A DNA stretch of 64,000 nt, taken from Terrimicrobiaceae bacterium (GTDB lineage Bacteria > Verrucomicrobiota > Verrucomicrobiia > Chthoniobacterales > Terrimicrobiaceae). A model generated the notes under the pieces. It saw only the letters and a list, made by a program, of their open reading frames with translations, did not search any database and had not been told where the DNA came from. Positions 11,620 to 20,731 of this stretch are shown here, one piece after another. Both the position numbers and the translations under genes were made by a program. How positions within the stretch are numbered: position 1 is the stretch's first letter; every line of letters begins with the position of its first letter. The stretch covers positions 29,456 to 93,455 of the forward strand of contig JBGSVZ010000104.1 of the NCBI GenBank assembly GCA_041752695.1. Direction: 5' to 3'.

Positions 11620-12567
11620 TCACTCCGCGGCGCGGGGAACCGTAGTAGGACCCTCCTTTTTCGGCCAGAGCAGCGACAGGACCACCGAGATGGCGAGCAC
11701 GCTCACGATCACGCCGAGCGAAACCAGGGTGTCAATTTTATAGGGCGAGTGGCCGAGTAGCATTTTCACCCCCACAAAACTCAAGACCACACCCAGACCG
11801 ATTTTCAGGTAGTGGAATTTGTCCATCACCCCGGCCAGCGCGAAATACAAGGAACGCAATCCCAGGATGGCAAAGACGTTCGACGTGTAAACGATGAAGG
11901 GATCCTTCGTCACCGCGAAGATCGCGGGGATGGAATCGACCGCGAAAATCAAATCGGTGAATTCCACCATCAGGAGCACGACAAAAAGCGGCGTGGCCAT
12001 GCGGATGCCGTTCTCGCGAACAAAAAAACGATCACCCCGGTAGTCACTCGTCACCGGCATGAGTTTCTTGAACCAACGCACCAGCGGATTGCGTTCGGGA
12101 TGAATTTCCTCGTCCCGCTTCACAATCATCTTGATCCCCGTCAGGATCAAAAATACGCCGAAGACGTAAATCACCCAGGCAAACCGTTCGATCAACGCCG
12201 CGCCGAGGAGAATCATGGTCGCTCTCATGACCAGCGCGCCGATAATGCCCCAGAAAAGCACCTTGTGCTGGTAGAGCGGAGGAACCGCAAAATAGGAAAA
12301 CAGCAGGGCGAAGACAAAGACATTGTCCACGCTCAGCGACTTCTCAATCACGTAACCGGTGAAAAACTCGAGCCCTTTCTGCGGCCCCATGAAATGCGCC
12401 ACACCCGCGTTGAAGATGAGCGCGAGCGTCACCCAGACGCCCGTCCACGCCATGGATTCCTTAAAGGTGACGATGTGCGCCTTTTTGTGAAAAACCCCCA
12501 GGTCGAGGGCGAGCATGGCGAGGACAAAAACGTTAAAGGCAACCCAGGCCCAAAGGATGTCAGTCAT
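11620..12567 (-). CDS. TerC/Alx-family integral membrane protein
   Basis: EKSLSVDNVFVF, DLIFAVDSIPA, SNVFAILGLRSLYF. Confidence 0.93.
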   Translation of the reverse strand: MTDILWAWVAFNVFVLAMLALDLGVFHKKAHIVTFKESMAWTGVWVTLALIFNAGVAHFMGPQKGLEFFTGYVIEKSLSVDNVFVFALLFSYFAVPPLYQHKVLFWGIIGALVMRATMILLGAALIERFAWVIYVFGVFLILTGIKMIVKRDEEIHPERNPLVRWFKKLMPVTSDYRGDRFFVRENGIRMATPLFVVLLMVEFTDLIFAVDSIPAIFAVTKDPFIVYTSNVFAILGLRSLYFALAGVMDKFHYLKIGLGVVLSFVGVKMLLGHSPYKIDTLVSLGVIVSVLAISVVLSLLWPKKEGPTTVPRAAE

Positions 12568-12597
12568 GATTGTGGTAAAGAATAATCCGGAGGCGTC

Positions 12598-12954
12598 TTA
12601 GCGGCGGGCCCGGGGCATTGCGCCTGCCTGGAGGGCGGCGGGTTCCTGCAGATTGCTGCGCAGACGGCGGTTGCGGTTGGCCCCGCGATCTTCCATTTTT
12701 TCGTGCAACCCGGTCACGACCTTGGCCAGCGCGGCGCGCAGGGTGTGGTCCGCGGCCCGGGCGGTGAAGTCCGGTCCCGGGGTCACCAGATGCACTTCCA
12801 CGTAAAAGGCCGGGCTGGCCTCCAGACGGTGCTCCAGGGTGACGCGGGCTTCGTCAATCTGACGACGTTCGGCAAAGACCCGCAGCTGCTCTTCGAGATG
12901 TGCGACCAGGGCCGCCGAGGGCTGATGATTGAGGTTTTTCATTCGGATTTTCAT
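12598..12954 (-). CDS. HPF/RaiA (sigma-54 modulation protein)-like ribosome-associated protein
   Basis: 118 aa; MKIRMKNLN..PSAALVAHLEEQL...ARVTLE...VEVHLVTPGPDFTARA.DH...AAL pattern of the short HPF fold. Confidence 0.7.
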   Translation of the reverse strand: MKIRMKNLNHQPSAALVAHLEEQLRVFAERRQIDEARVTLEHRLEASPAFYVEVHLVTPGPDFTARAADHTLRAALAKVVTGLHEKMEDRGANRNRRLRSNLQEPAALQAGAMPRARR

Positions 12955-13015
12955 AGGTGGGTGAAACTTGCGGCAGCATCTGCGTTTTGTATATTCCTCA
13001 TAGTCGCATCTACGT

Positions 13016-13030
13016 TTCGAAAAAATGGAA
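13016..13030. promoter_or_regulatory. Putative LysR (NhaR-like) box between divergent HPF-like gene and regulator
   Basis: TTCGAAAAAATGGAA (TTC-N9-GAA, contains T-N11-A); matches the box at 13978. Confidence 0.5.
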
Positions 13031-13966
13031 TCATCAACCGCTCCCGAATGGCTCAACTATCATCACCTGCGCTACTTCCATGCCGTGGCCAAAGAGGGCA
13101 GCCTGCGCCGCGCCGCGGAAAAGCTGAACATTTCGCAATCCTCCATCTGCGGCCAGATTCAGCTTCTCGAATCCGCGCTGGGGGAGGATCTTTTTCGGCT
13201 CCAGGCGCGCTCTCTCGTGCTGACCGAATTCGGCCACCTCATCCTGGGTTACGCCGAGGACATCTTCAGCCTCGGCCGGGAACTGCTCAACGCCCGCAAA
13301 CAATTCCCCGGCGTGCGATCGCTGCGTTTGCAGGTGGGGATTGTCGATTCGTTTCCGAAGCTGACCAGCTTTGACATCCTGCGCCCCGTTTTCGGGCACG
13401 AGCCGCCGGTGCAGGTGACCTGCCACGAAGGCAAACTCCACGACCTGCTCCCCCTTCTGGCCACCCATCGGTTGGATGTGGTGCTGGCCGACGAACCCGC
13501 CTCACCCGGACTCACGCTCAAAACCTTCAACCATCCGCTCGGTTCCTGTGGCATCACCTTCTGCGCCGCCCCCTCGCTGGCCCGCTCGCTCAAGGGGCGC
13601 TTCCCGCGCAATCTCCACGGCGCCCCGGCCCTGCTGGGCACCCAGAACACCACCCTGCGGCGCGACCTCGAACAATGGTTCCGAGCGAGACACATCGAAC
13701 CCCGTGTGGTCGGGGAATTTGAAGACGGCGCTCTGGCCAAGATCGTCGCCACCGAGGGGCTTGGTTTCATTCATGTCCCGACAGCAACAGCCTCCGAGGC
13801 CGTGGAACGCTATGGTTTTGAAGTGCTGGGGCGGACCTCCCAATGTGTGATGCAGTTCTATGCCATCACTGCCGAACGGCGCCTCGATCATCCCGCCGTG
13901 AGGGCCATCACGGCCCGCCCCGTCGGCTTGCGGTCTGTCCCCGCGCGAAAAAAGGTCGCGGCCTGA
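13025..13966 (+). CDS. nhaR: LysR-family regulator, NhaR-like
   Basis: WLNYHHLRYFHAVAKEGS...QSSICGQIQLLE HTH; EFEDGALAK; FYAITAERRLDHPAV resembles the NhaR C-terminus. Confidence 0.8.
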   Translation: MESSTAPEWLNYHHLRYFHAVAKEGSLRRAAEKLNISQSSICGQIQLLESALGEDLFRLQARSLVLTEFGHLILGYAEDIFSLGRELLNARKQFPGVRSLRLQVGIVDSFPKLTSFDILRPVFGHEPPVQVTCHEGKLHDLLPLLATHRLDVVLADEPASPGLTLKTFNHPLGSCGITFCAAPSLARSLKGRFPRNLHGAPALLGTQNTTLRRDLEQWFRARHIEPRVVGEFEDGALAKIVATEGLGFIHVPTATASEAVERYGFEVLGRTSQCVMQFYAITAERRLDHPAVRAITARPVGLRSVPARKKVAA

Positions 13967-13977
13967 ATTTGCCATAT

Positions 13978-14017
13978 TTCGGGTAAACCGAAGGATTCGC
14001 TCGATATTACGTAATAT
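13978..14017. promoter_or_regulatory. Putative LysR box plus 14-bp palindrome upstream of sbtA
   Basis: TTCGG-GTAAA-CCGAA (13978-13992) and ATATTACGTAATAT (14004-14017). Confidence 0.55.
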
Positions 14018-14088
14018 ACTCATTCTGCGGGCGCACTACGCTCAGAGTCATGTTGCCATTCCGGCCGGATCTCGAAGACACCTGAACC

Positions 14089-15057
14089 ATGGACGCTGCC
14101 CTTTTGCTGGCCAATCTGGCGAACCCACCCGTCCTGTTTTTTTTCCTCGGCATGCTGGCCGTCTGGATGCGGTCCGACCTGGAAATTCCGCAGCCCATTC
14201 CGAAGGCCCTCGCCATCTACCTGCTTTTTGCCATCGGCTTCAAAGGCGGGGTGGAGCTTCATAAAAGCGGTTTCGACACCCAGGTGATCACCGTGCTCGG
14301 CGCGGCCCTGCTGGCGGCGGCCGTGGTTCCGGTTTGGATCTTTTTTCTTCTGCGGCGCAGGCTCGGCGTGCCCAACGCGGCGGCCATTGCGGCAACGTAC
14401 GGATCCGTGAGCGCCGTAACGTTCATCGCCGCCACGTCGCTTTTGACCCACCTCGGTGTGGCCTTTAGCGGATGGATGGTGGCGGCCATGGCGCTGATGG
14501 AATCGCCCGCCATTGTGATCGGAGTCGTGCTGGCGAGACGTTTCGGCGATGGTCAGGGTTCGTCCATCGAATGGTCCGAACTGCTGCGCGAAGCTTTTTT
14601 CAATGGTTCGGTGTTTGTGCTGATGGGAAGCCTCGTCATTGGAGCAATCACCGGCGAGAGCGGAGAGAAGTCGCTCGCGCCCTTCACCTCCGGCATCTTC
14701 AAAGGCGTCCTCTGCCTCTTTCTGCTCGACATGGGATTGGTCAGCGCCCGTCGCCTGGCGGCCAGCCGCGAGATCGGCCTCTACCATGTGAGCTTCGCCG
14801 TGCTCGCGCCCCTGGCCCATGCTGCGCTCGGGATTGCTTTGTCCGCGTTGCTCGGCCTCAGTGCGGGTGACGCGCTTCTTTTCACCATCCTCTGCGCGAG
14901 CGCTTCCTACATTGCCGTGCCGGCCGCCATGCGTTTTGCCATCCCGCAGGCCAGCCCCGGTGTCTACGTCCCGATGGCGCTGGCGCTCACCTTTCCTTTT
15001 AACGTCCTGATCGGGCTGCCGATCTACCTTGCCATCATCAATCGTCTCTGGAACTAA
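14089..15057 (+). CDS. sbtA: Sodium-dependent bicarbonate transporter family permease
   Basis: SDLEIP, YLLFAIGFKGG, YGSVSAVTF, MESPAI, SASYIAVPAA, TFPFN; followed by a PII-like gene. Confidence 0.9.
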   Translation: MDAALLLANLANPPVLFFFLGMLAVWMRSDLEIPQPIPKALAIYLLFAIGFKGGVELHKSGFDTQVITVLGAALLAAAVVPVWIFFLLRRRLGVPNAAAIAATYGSVSAVTFIAATSLLTHLGVAFSGWMVAAMALMESPAIVIGVVLARRFGDGQGSSIEWSELLREAFFNGSVFVLMGSLVIGAITGESGEKSLAPFTSGIFKGVLCLFLLDMGLVSARRLAASREIGLYHVSFAVLAPLAHAALGIALSALLGLSAGDALLFTILCASASYIAVPAAMRFAIPQASPGVYVPMALALTFPFNVLIGLPIYLAIINRLWN

Positions 15058-15062
15058 ACGCC

Positions 15063-15356
15063 ATGGAATCCGTCAAACGCATCGAGATCATCATTGACGC
15101 CAACGAATTGCGCGAGGTCTGCCGCGTTTTGGAGGCCCTCGAAGTCAGCGGCTACTCGGTGATCCGTGATGTGACCGGTCGCGGCGATCGCGGCGTGCAG
15201 AGCGGCGACGACCTGACGGACGTCTTTAAAAACAGCCTCGTCCTGACGGCCTGCCCGGCTGGGTCCGTCGCCGAAATTGTCGATGCGATCCGTCCGCTCC
15301 TTCGTGCCCATGGGGGCATCTGTCTGGTCTCCGACGCCCAGTGGGTGATCCACTAG
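15063..15356 (+). CDS. sbtB: PII-like regulator SbtB
   Basis: KRIEIII...GYSVIRDVTGRGDRG...GGICLVSD; adjacent to sbtA. Confidence 0.85.
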   Translation: MESVKRIEIIIDANELREVCRVLEALEVSGYSVIRDVTGRGDRGVQSGDDLTDVFKNSLVLTACPAGSVAEIVDAIRPLLRAHGGICLVSDAQWVIH

Positions 15357-15470
15357 GCGGCTTGGAGCGGACGGTCAAGTGGCGGTAGATTTCCTGTCTG
15401 GGGCGGATTCATGTCCCGGCCGAGCGTTTTTTGTCGTCCTCCGTCGAAGGCTCTGCTACGTGCTGGTCTC

Positions 15471-15893
15471 ATGGCCATCGTCAAGGAATTCCGGGAATTT
15501 ATCGCGCGCGGAAACGTCATCGACCTCGCGGTCGGCGTCATCATCGGGGCGTCATTTGGAAATATTGTGAAGTCCTTCACAGACGATCTCATCATGCCTT
15601 TGATCGGCAAGGTGCTGGGAGGCGTGGGGGGATTAAATTTTAACGACTATTTTATTCCGCTGGATGGCAAACTCGGCGTGTACAAGACGCTGGCCGAGGC
15701 AAAAGCCGGGACGGCGGTGATCGCCTACGGGTCCTTCGTCACCATTGTGATCCAATTTCTCATCGTGGCCGCGTGTGTTTTCGCCCTGGTCAAGGTGGTC
15801 AATAAAATCAAGCGCACCGAACCGCCCGCCCCCGCCGCACCGACCAAATCCGAGGAATTGCTCTCGGAAATTCGTGATCTGCTGAAAAAATGA
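15471..15893 (+). CDS. mscL: Large-conductance mechanosensitive channel
   Basis: KEFREFIARGNVIDLAVGVIIGASF...LLSEIRDLLK. Confidence 0.97.
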   Translation: MAIVKEFREFIARGNVIDLAVGVIIGASFGNIVKSFTDDLIMPLIGKVLGGVGGLNFNDYFIPLDGKLGVYKTLAEAKAGTAVIAYGSFVTIVIQFLIVAACVFALVKVVNKIKRTEPPAPAAPTKSEELLSEIRDLLKK

Positions 15894-16792
15894 TCCGGCG
15901 CGGCCTGGTGGCCTTTTTCGTCCTGGGACGAGCTTCCGGCCTGGTGGCTCAGGATGTTCCACCTCCCACTCAGGGCAGCCAGATCATGCTGATGGCCGAG
16001 TCGCCGCTCAGTTCGGGCGGCCAGACCATCCGAATGGCCCCGGCCGGCGCGCAGTTCCAAGTGGTCGCCACAAATGCGGCGCAGGGAACCGTCTTCGTTT
16101 CCATTGTGGGTGCGGAAGGCAAAAAAGTGATGGCCAGCCTGCCCCTCGCCAATGTCGTGGTGGTGGACGCCGCCGCAGAATCTTCGCCCACGCCCGCCGC
16201 CATGCCACCCCCTCCACCCCCGACCTCCTCTCCGATTGCGGCCAAGCCGGTCGCTCCGCCGGCGACGGAACCCGCTCTCTCTGCGCCCAAACCGGACGCC
16301 AGCGGCGCGTACGCCGCGATGGATGTGGCGAAATTTTTCAAAGCGGATCGCGCGGCGGCGAACGCGATGTTTACCGGGCGTTCGCTGAAGGTGCGCGGCA
16401 GTATCGAACGCGCGGAAGTGCAGGTCGGTTCGGATGCCCCCATCGTGCTGATGACCACCAGCCAGGGCCTGCCCAAGATCAAACTTCAGGTGCATCCCAC
16501 CGTGTCGCGGAACCGGGATTTTTACCGCGGCGGCGCAGGATGGTACTACGACGGTTGGTACTCCTACGGGCACAAGCTGGAGTTTCGCCCCGCCAACGGC
16601 GGCCTGGAGGCGCGCTTCCGCTACAAACGCACGTCCTCCAGCACGTACGGGGGATCTTCGATTTACCGGGCCTGGAGCGATTGGTTTCCGCTCCTCACTC
16701 CGGGCGACGTGCTGACCGCCAGCGGCACCTGCAAGGGGTTGATGATGGACGTGATCCTCGAGGCCGCGGAACTCGACCGACAATCGCTCTGA
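15890..16792 (+). CDS. Secreted protein with Pro-rich linker and probable tRNA_anti-like OB-fold domain
   Basis: Signal peptide, Pro/Ala linker, FKADRAAANAMFTGRSLKVRGSI and PGDVLTASGTCKG; ATGA overlap with mscL. Confidence 0.6.
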   Translation: MIRRGLVAFFVLGRASGLVAQDVPPPTQGSQIMLMAESPLSSGGQTIRMAPAGAQFQVVATNAAQGTVFVSIVGAEGKKVMASLPLANVVVVDAAAESSPTPAAMPPPPPPTSSPIAAKPVAPPATEPALSAPKPDASGAYAAMDVAKFFKADRAAANAMFTGRSLKVRGSIERAEVQVGSDAPIVLMTTSQGLPKIKLQVHPTVSRNRDFYRGGAGWYYDGWYSYGHKLEFRPANGGLEARFRYKRTSSSTYGGSSIYRAWSDWFPLLTPGDVLTASGTCKGLMMDVILEAAELDRQSL

Positions 16793-16863
16793 GTACCCAA
16801 CCCCGGACTCATTTCGCACGCAGGGATTGAAATTCCGCGCCGTGCAGCGATGCTTCACCCCGC

Positions 16864-18258
16864 ATGATCCTGTCCGTTCTCAAAATTCTCTTTATCTGCC
16901 TGGAGGTCGTACTACTTTTTAACCTCCTGATCCTCGTTCACGAACTGGGACATTTTCTCGCGGCGAAATGGCGCGGGCTGGTGGTGGAAAAATTCGCCGT
17001 GTGGTTCGGCAAGCCCCTCTGGAGCAAGACCATTGGCGGCGTGGAATACCGTCTCGGCTGCATCCCGGCCGGCGGATACGTGGCCATTCCCCAGTTGGCC
17101 CCCATGGAGGTGTTGGAGGGCCAGGTGGAAACCGATCGCAGCCAGCTTCCACCGGTCAAGCCGATCGACAAGATTATCGTCGCGGCGGCAGGGCCGGCCT
17201 TCAGCCTGGGTCTGGCCTTTATCATGGCCATCGTGGTGTATTTTGTCGGCAAACCGGAAAGCGATTCGGACAAGCCGATCATCGGCATGGTCGCCCCCGG
17301 GGGACCTGCCGAAAAAGCGGGTCTGCGGGCCGGCGACGAGATTCTCAAGGTGGATGGTCACCCGGTTTCCCGCTTCATGAGTGGAACCGACGGCGTGAAA
17401 TGGCGCATTATTCGCAGCGAGGGCGAAACCATTCCCTTCGAGGTGCGGCGCGGTGACGAGATCCTGACCTTCAACTCGGGTTGGACCAAGCCGGAAACCT
17501 CCGGGTGGCGCCGCCCGGCTCTGCGCCAAGTGCAGTTCGGTCCCCGCATCACTCCCGCCATCAATTTGGTGGCCCGCGGGTCGGCCGCTGATCAAGCCGG
17601 TCTCAAGTCCGGGGATGTCATCGCCACGGCCAACGGCCAGCCCATTTTTAACCTCGAGGACATCGTTCCGACTCTCCGCGAGAATGCCGGCAAACCGGTT
17701 TCGCTCTCCATCGTGCGGGCGGAGCAGACCGTACCGGTCACGCTCTTGGTGCCAGCCGCGGGTCCGGAAACGCCGGATGCCCCCCTGGACCTTGGCATTG
17801 AATGGGGCCACATCACGTTCAGCCACCCCACGCCCTGGGCCCAGGTTTCGGACGCCGCCACCAGCATCTTTCGCATGGTGGGGGCCCTGCTTTCGCCGAA
17901 ATCCGACGTGAAGGCGGCGCACTTCAGCGGGCCGGTCGGCATCATGAAGCTGTATTATCAGGTGTTCGACACCAACTACGGCCTGCAGCTCGCGCTCTCC
18001 CTCAGCGTCCTGATCAATGTGAACCTCGCCCTGCTCAACCTCCTGCCCTTTCCCGTGCTCGACGGCGGCCATATCACCCTGGCCATCATTGAAGGCATCC
18101 GCCGCAAGCCCATCAATGTGCGTGTGCTCGAAGTGGTGCAGACGGCCTGCGCCCTCCTGCTGATCGGCTTCATGGTGTATGTGACGTTCTTCGATGTGGG
18201 CGACTTTGTGCCTCAGGGACAGAAGCCAAAGACGGAGACTGTTCAGCCTGCGAAATGA
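16864..18258 (+). CDS. rseP: RIP metalloprotease RseP (M50, two PDZ domains)
   Basis: HELGH, IPAGGYV, AAGP, two PDZ repeats, NLLPFPVLDGG. Confidence 0.95.
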   Translation: MILSVLKILFICLEVVLLFNLLILVHELGHFLAAKWRGLVVEKFAVWFGKPLWSKTIGGVEYRLGCIPAGGYVAIPQLAPMEVLEGQVETDRSQLPPVKPIDKIIVAAAGPAFSLGLAFIMAIVVYFVGKPESDSDKPIIGMVAPGGPAEKAGLRAGDEILKVDGHPVSRFMSGTDGVKWRIIRSEGETIPFEVRRGDEILTFNSGWTKPETSGWRRPALRQVQFGPRITPAINLVARGSAADQAGLKSGDVIATANGQPIFNLEDIVPTLRENAGKPVSLSIVRAEQTVPVTLLVPAAGPETPDAPLDLGIEWGHITFSHPTPWAQVSDAATSIFRMVGALLSPKSDVKAAHFSGPVGIMKLYYQVFDTNYGLQLALSLSVLINVNLALLNLLPFPVLDGGHITLAIIEGIRRKPINVRVLEVVQTACALLLIGFMVYVTFFDVGDFVPQGQKPKTETVQPAK

Positions 18259-20036
18259 ACCTCGCTGACACGCCGGACATTTTCTCCGCACTGCGCCGGG
18301 TCACCCGCGAGGTCAAAGTGGGAGCGGTCGGACTGGGTGGGGCAAACCCGATTCGCGTGCAGTCCATGATCACGTGCGACACGATGGACACCGCGGCGAG
18401 CATTCAGCAAACCCTCGACCTCGCAGCCGTGGGGTGCGAGATCGTGCGCATCACCGCGCCGACCGTGAAGGATGCCGCCAATCTCGCCAACATCGTCCGC
18501 GGACTCCGTGAGCGCGGTTGCGAAGTGCCCATCGTGGCCGACATCCATTTCAAACCCGAGGCCGCCATGGAGGCGGCCAAATGGGTGGAAAAGGTTCGCG
18601 TCAATCCCGGCAACTACGCCGACTCGAAAAAGTTCAAGATCATCGAATACACCGACGCGCAATATGCGGCGGAGCTGGACCGCATCCGCGAGCGGTTCAC
18701 CCCCCTGGTGAATTTCTGCCGGGAACACGGCCGCGCCATGCGCATCGGCACAAACCACGGCAGCCTGAGCGATCGCATCATGAACCGCTACGGCGACACT
18801 CCGCTCGGCATGGTGGAAAGTGCGCTGGAGTTTGCCCGGATCTCGCGCGACCTCAATTACCACAACTTCGTTTTTTCCATGAAAGCGAGCAATCCGAAGG
18901 TGATGATCGCCGCCTACCGGTTGCTCGTCGCCAGGCTGAATGCGGAGGGTCCTGATTGGAACTATCCCCTCCACCTCGGCGTGACGGAGGCCGGAGACGG
19001 AGAGGACGGCCGGATCAAAAGCGCCATCGGCATCGGCAGCCTGCTGGCCGACGGCATCGGCGACACCGTGCGGGTCTCGCTCACCGAGGATAGCGTGCAC
19101 GAGATCCCCGTAGCCCAGGCGCTGGTCGATGGGGTTTCGCAGATGGGAGTTCGGAGTTCGGAGTTCGGAGATGGGAGTTCGCAGCAACCCTTCGACCCGT
19201 TTTCTTACAAACGCCGCGCCACGACCACGCTGGAATGCGGCGGGATTCGGCTGGGCGGCGAGGAACTGGTGCGGGTCTTTGTCACCCGTGCCACGTACGA
19301 CAAGGTCGCCCACAAGATCGACCGCATGGGGGACTACCAGCCGGAGATCGTGCTGGAAGATTCCGGCATTTGCGAAGTGGATCCCCGGGATGACGCCGCG
19401 ATTGCCGCTCTCAATGCGGATCCTGCGGTGCGTTTGGTCACGGTGTCGGATTCGGTCGATCTGCCGGTCATCACGGCGTTTCGCCTGCTTGCCGCCAGGC
19501 TCGATGCGCGGCACCCGATCGTGTTGAAAGATGTCTGGAAAAAAACGGGGGGCGACTTTCTCGAAACACTGCTCGCCGCCTCGACGAACATCGGAGCGCT
19601 GCTCTGCGATGGGATTGGCGACGCCATCCTTCTTCAGGGCGAGGACGCTCCCGGGCAGTCCCTTCGGCTCTCCTACAACATCCTGCAGGCGGCGGGGACG
19701 CGGATCTTCAAGACCGACTACGTGGCGTGCCCGAGTTGTGGAAGGACACTTTTTAACCTCCAGACCACCACCGCACGGATCAAGGCGGCCACCGCGCATC
19801 TCAAGGGGGTCAAAATAGCCATCATGGGCTGCATCGTCAACGGGCCCGGCGAGATGGCCGACGCGGATTTCGGCTACGTGGGGGGAGCACCGGGCAAAGT
19901 GAACCTCTACGTCGGCAAGACGGCGGTGAAATTTAACATCCCGGAAATCGAGGCGGTGGAACGGCTTCAGGACTTGATCCGTGAGCACGGCAAATGGGTG
20001 GACGCCCCTCCCGTGGCCGAGCCTGCGCCGGTCTGA
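18255..20036 (+). CDS. ispG: HMBPP synthase, long form
   Basis: IRVQSM, ADIHF, RVNPGN, RIGTNHGSL, PLHLGVTEAG, CPSCGR, MGCIVNGPGE. Confidence 0.97.
   Translation: MNLADTPDIFSALRRVTREVKVGAVGLGGANPIRVQSMITCDTMDTAASIQQTLDLAAVGCEIVRITAPTVKDAANLANIVRGLRERGCEVPIVADIHFKPEAAMEAAKWVEKVRVNPGNYADSKKFKIIEYTDAQYAAELDRIRERFTPLVNFCREHGRAMRIGTNHGSLSDRIMNRYGDTPLGMVESALEFARISRDLNYHNFVFSMKASNPKVMIAAYRLLVARLNAEGPDWNYPLHLGVTEAGDGEDGRIKSAIGIGSLLADGIGDTVRVSLTEDSVHEIPVAQALVDGVSQMGVRSSEFGDGSSQQPFDPFSYKRRATTTLECGGIRLGGEELVRVFVTRATYDKVAHKIDRMGDYQPEIVLEDSGICEVDPRDDAAIAALNADPAVRLVTVSDSVDLPVITAFRLLAARLDARHPIVLKDVWKKTGGDFLETLLAASTNIGALLCDGIGDAILLQGEDAPGQSLRLSYNILQAAGTRIFKTDYVACPSCGRTLFNLQTTTARIKAATAHLKGVKIAIMGCIVNGPGEMADADFGYVGGAPGKVNLYVGKTAVKFNIPEIEAVERLQDLIREHGKWVDAPPVAEPAPV
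19140..19181 (+). repeat. In-frame heptamer array inside ispG (6 units, 42 bp)
   Basis: CAGATGG GAGTTCG GAGTTCG GAGTTCG GAGATGG GAGTTCG, encoding QMGVRSSEFGDGSS. Confidence 0.85.
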
Positions 20037-20037
20037 C

Positions 20038-20250
20038 ATGGACCTGCTCGGCAAGACGCTGGTTCTCTTCGGCCTGGTGCTCACCGGGATTGGGATCTTG
20101 CTTTGGTCCGGCGTCGGCCGCGGCTGGTTCGGCCGCCTGCCTGGCGACATCCATGTCGAGCGGGAAGGGTTTTCCTTTCATCTTCCCCTCGTCACCTGCC
20201 TGCTGCTGAGCGTTCTTGTCACCGCGATTCTGGCAATTTTGCGCCGCTAG
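20038..20250 (+). CDS. DUF2905-family small membrane protein
   Basis: GRLPGDI.VE..GFSFHLPLVTCLLLS pattern. Confidence 0.85.
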   Translation: MDLLGKTLVLFGLVLTGIGILLWSGVGRGWFGRLPGDIHVEREGFSFHLPLVTCLLLSVLVTAILAILRR

Positions 20251-20301
20251 CGGGGACGATTTTGCTCGCGAATCCGGCGGTCGGATGTTTTCTTAAACCG
20301 C

Positions 20302-20721
20302 ATGAAATCCATCGCGAGCCTGCTTGGTGTCGTTGCCCTTGGCCTCTCCCTCAGTTCCTGCACCTTCCTGCACGAAAAATACGCGACGAACGAACAAGCC
20401 GCCTCGGCCTACATTGCCGGGAAGAAGACCGGCCCGGCTAAAGTCAATATTGAGGGTGTCTGGTACGCTCCGGGTTGGGGTGTGGTGGTGATCAATCAGG
20501 AGGGAAGCAAACTCACCGGCGCCTTCCAGGATTATTACGCCATCGAAGGCGTGGTCAGCGGACGCAACGCGTTTTTCACTCTTCTTGACGACGACTGGCG
20601 TGAATACACCGTCGAACTCACCGCCAAAAGCCGGGAAAAACTGGTCGGTTACTTCTCCGCGCACATTCCTTTCTCCGAAAGCGATCAGGAGGAAATCGTG
20701 CTGACCCGGATCGGCGATTGA
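20302..20721 (+). CDS. Lipoprotein, hypothetical (paralog of next gene)
   Basis: Lipobox LSSC; shares G.W...WG....Q......G...DY...EGVVSG with the next ORF. Confidence 0.75.
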   Translation: MKSIASLLGVVALGLSLSSCTFLHEKYATNEQAASAYIAGKKTGPAKVNIEGVWYAPGWGVVVINQEGSKLTGAFQDYYAIEGVVSGRNAFFTLLDDDWREYTVELTAKSREKLVGYFSAHIPFSESDQEEIVLTRIGD

Positions 20722-20731
20722 TCCGCGTTTC

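Noticed and set aside
12568..12597. yybP-ykoY Mn riboswitch before terC
   Set aside because: Only 30 bp separate terC from the upstream gene, too short to hold it.
18255..20036. Unusually long IspG as a novelty
   Set aside because: The long form with an extra domain is already known from plants, Chlamydiae and other bacteria.
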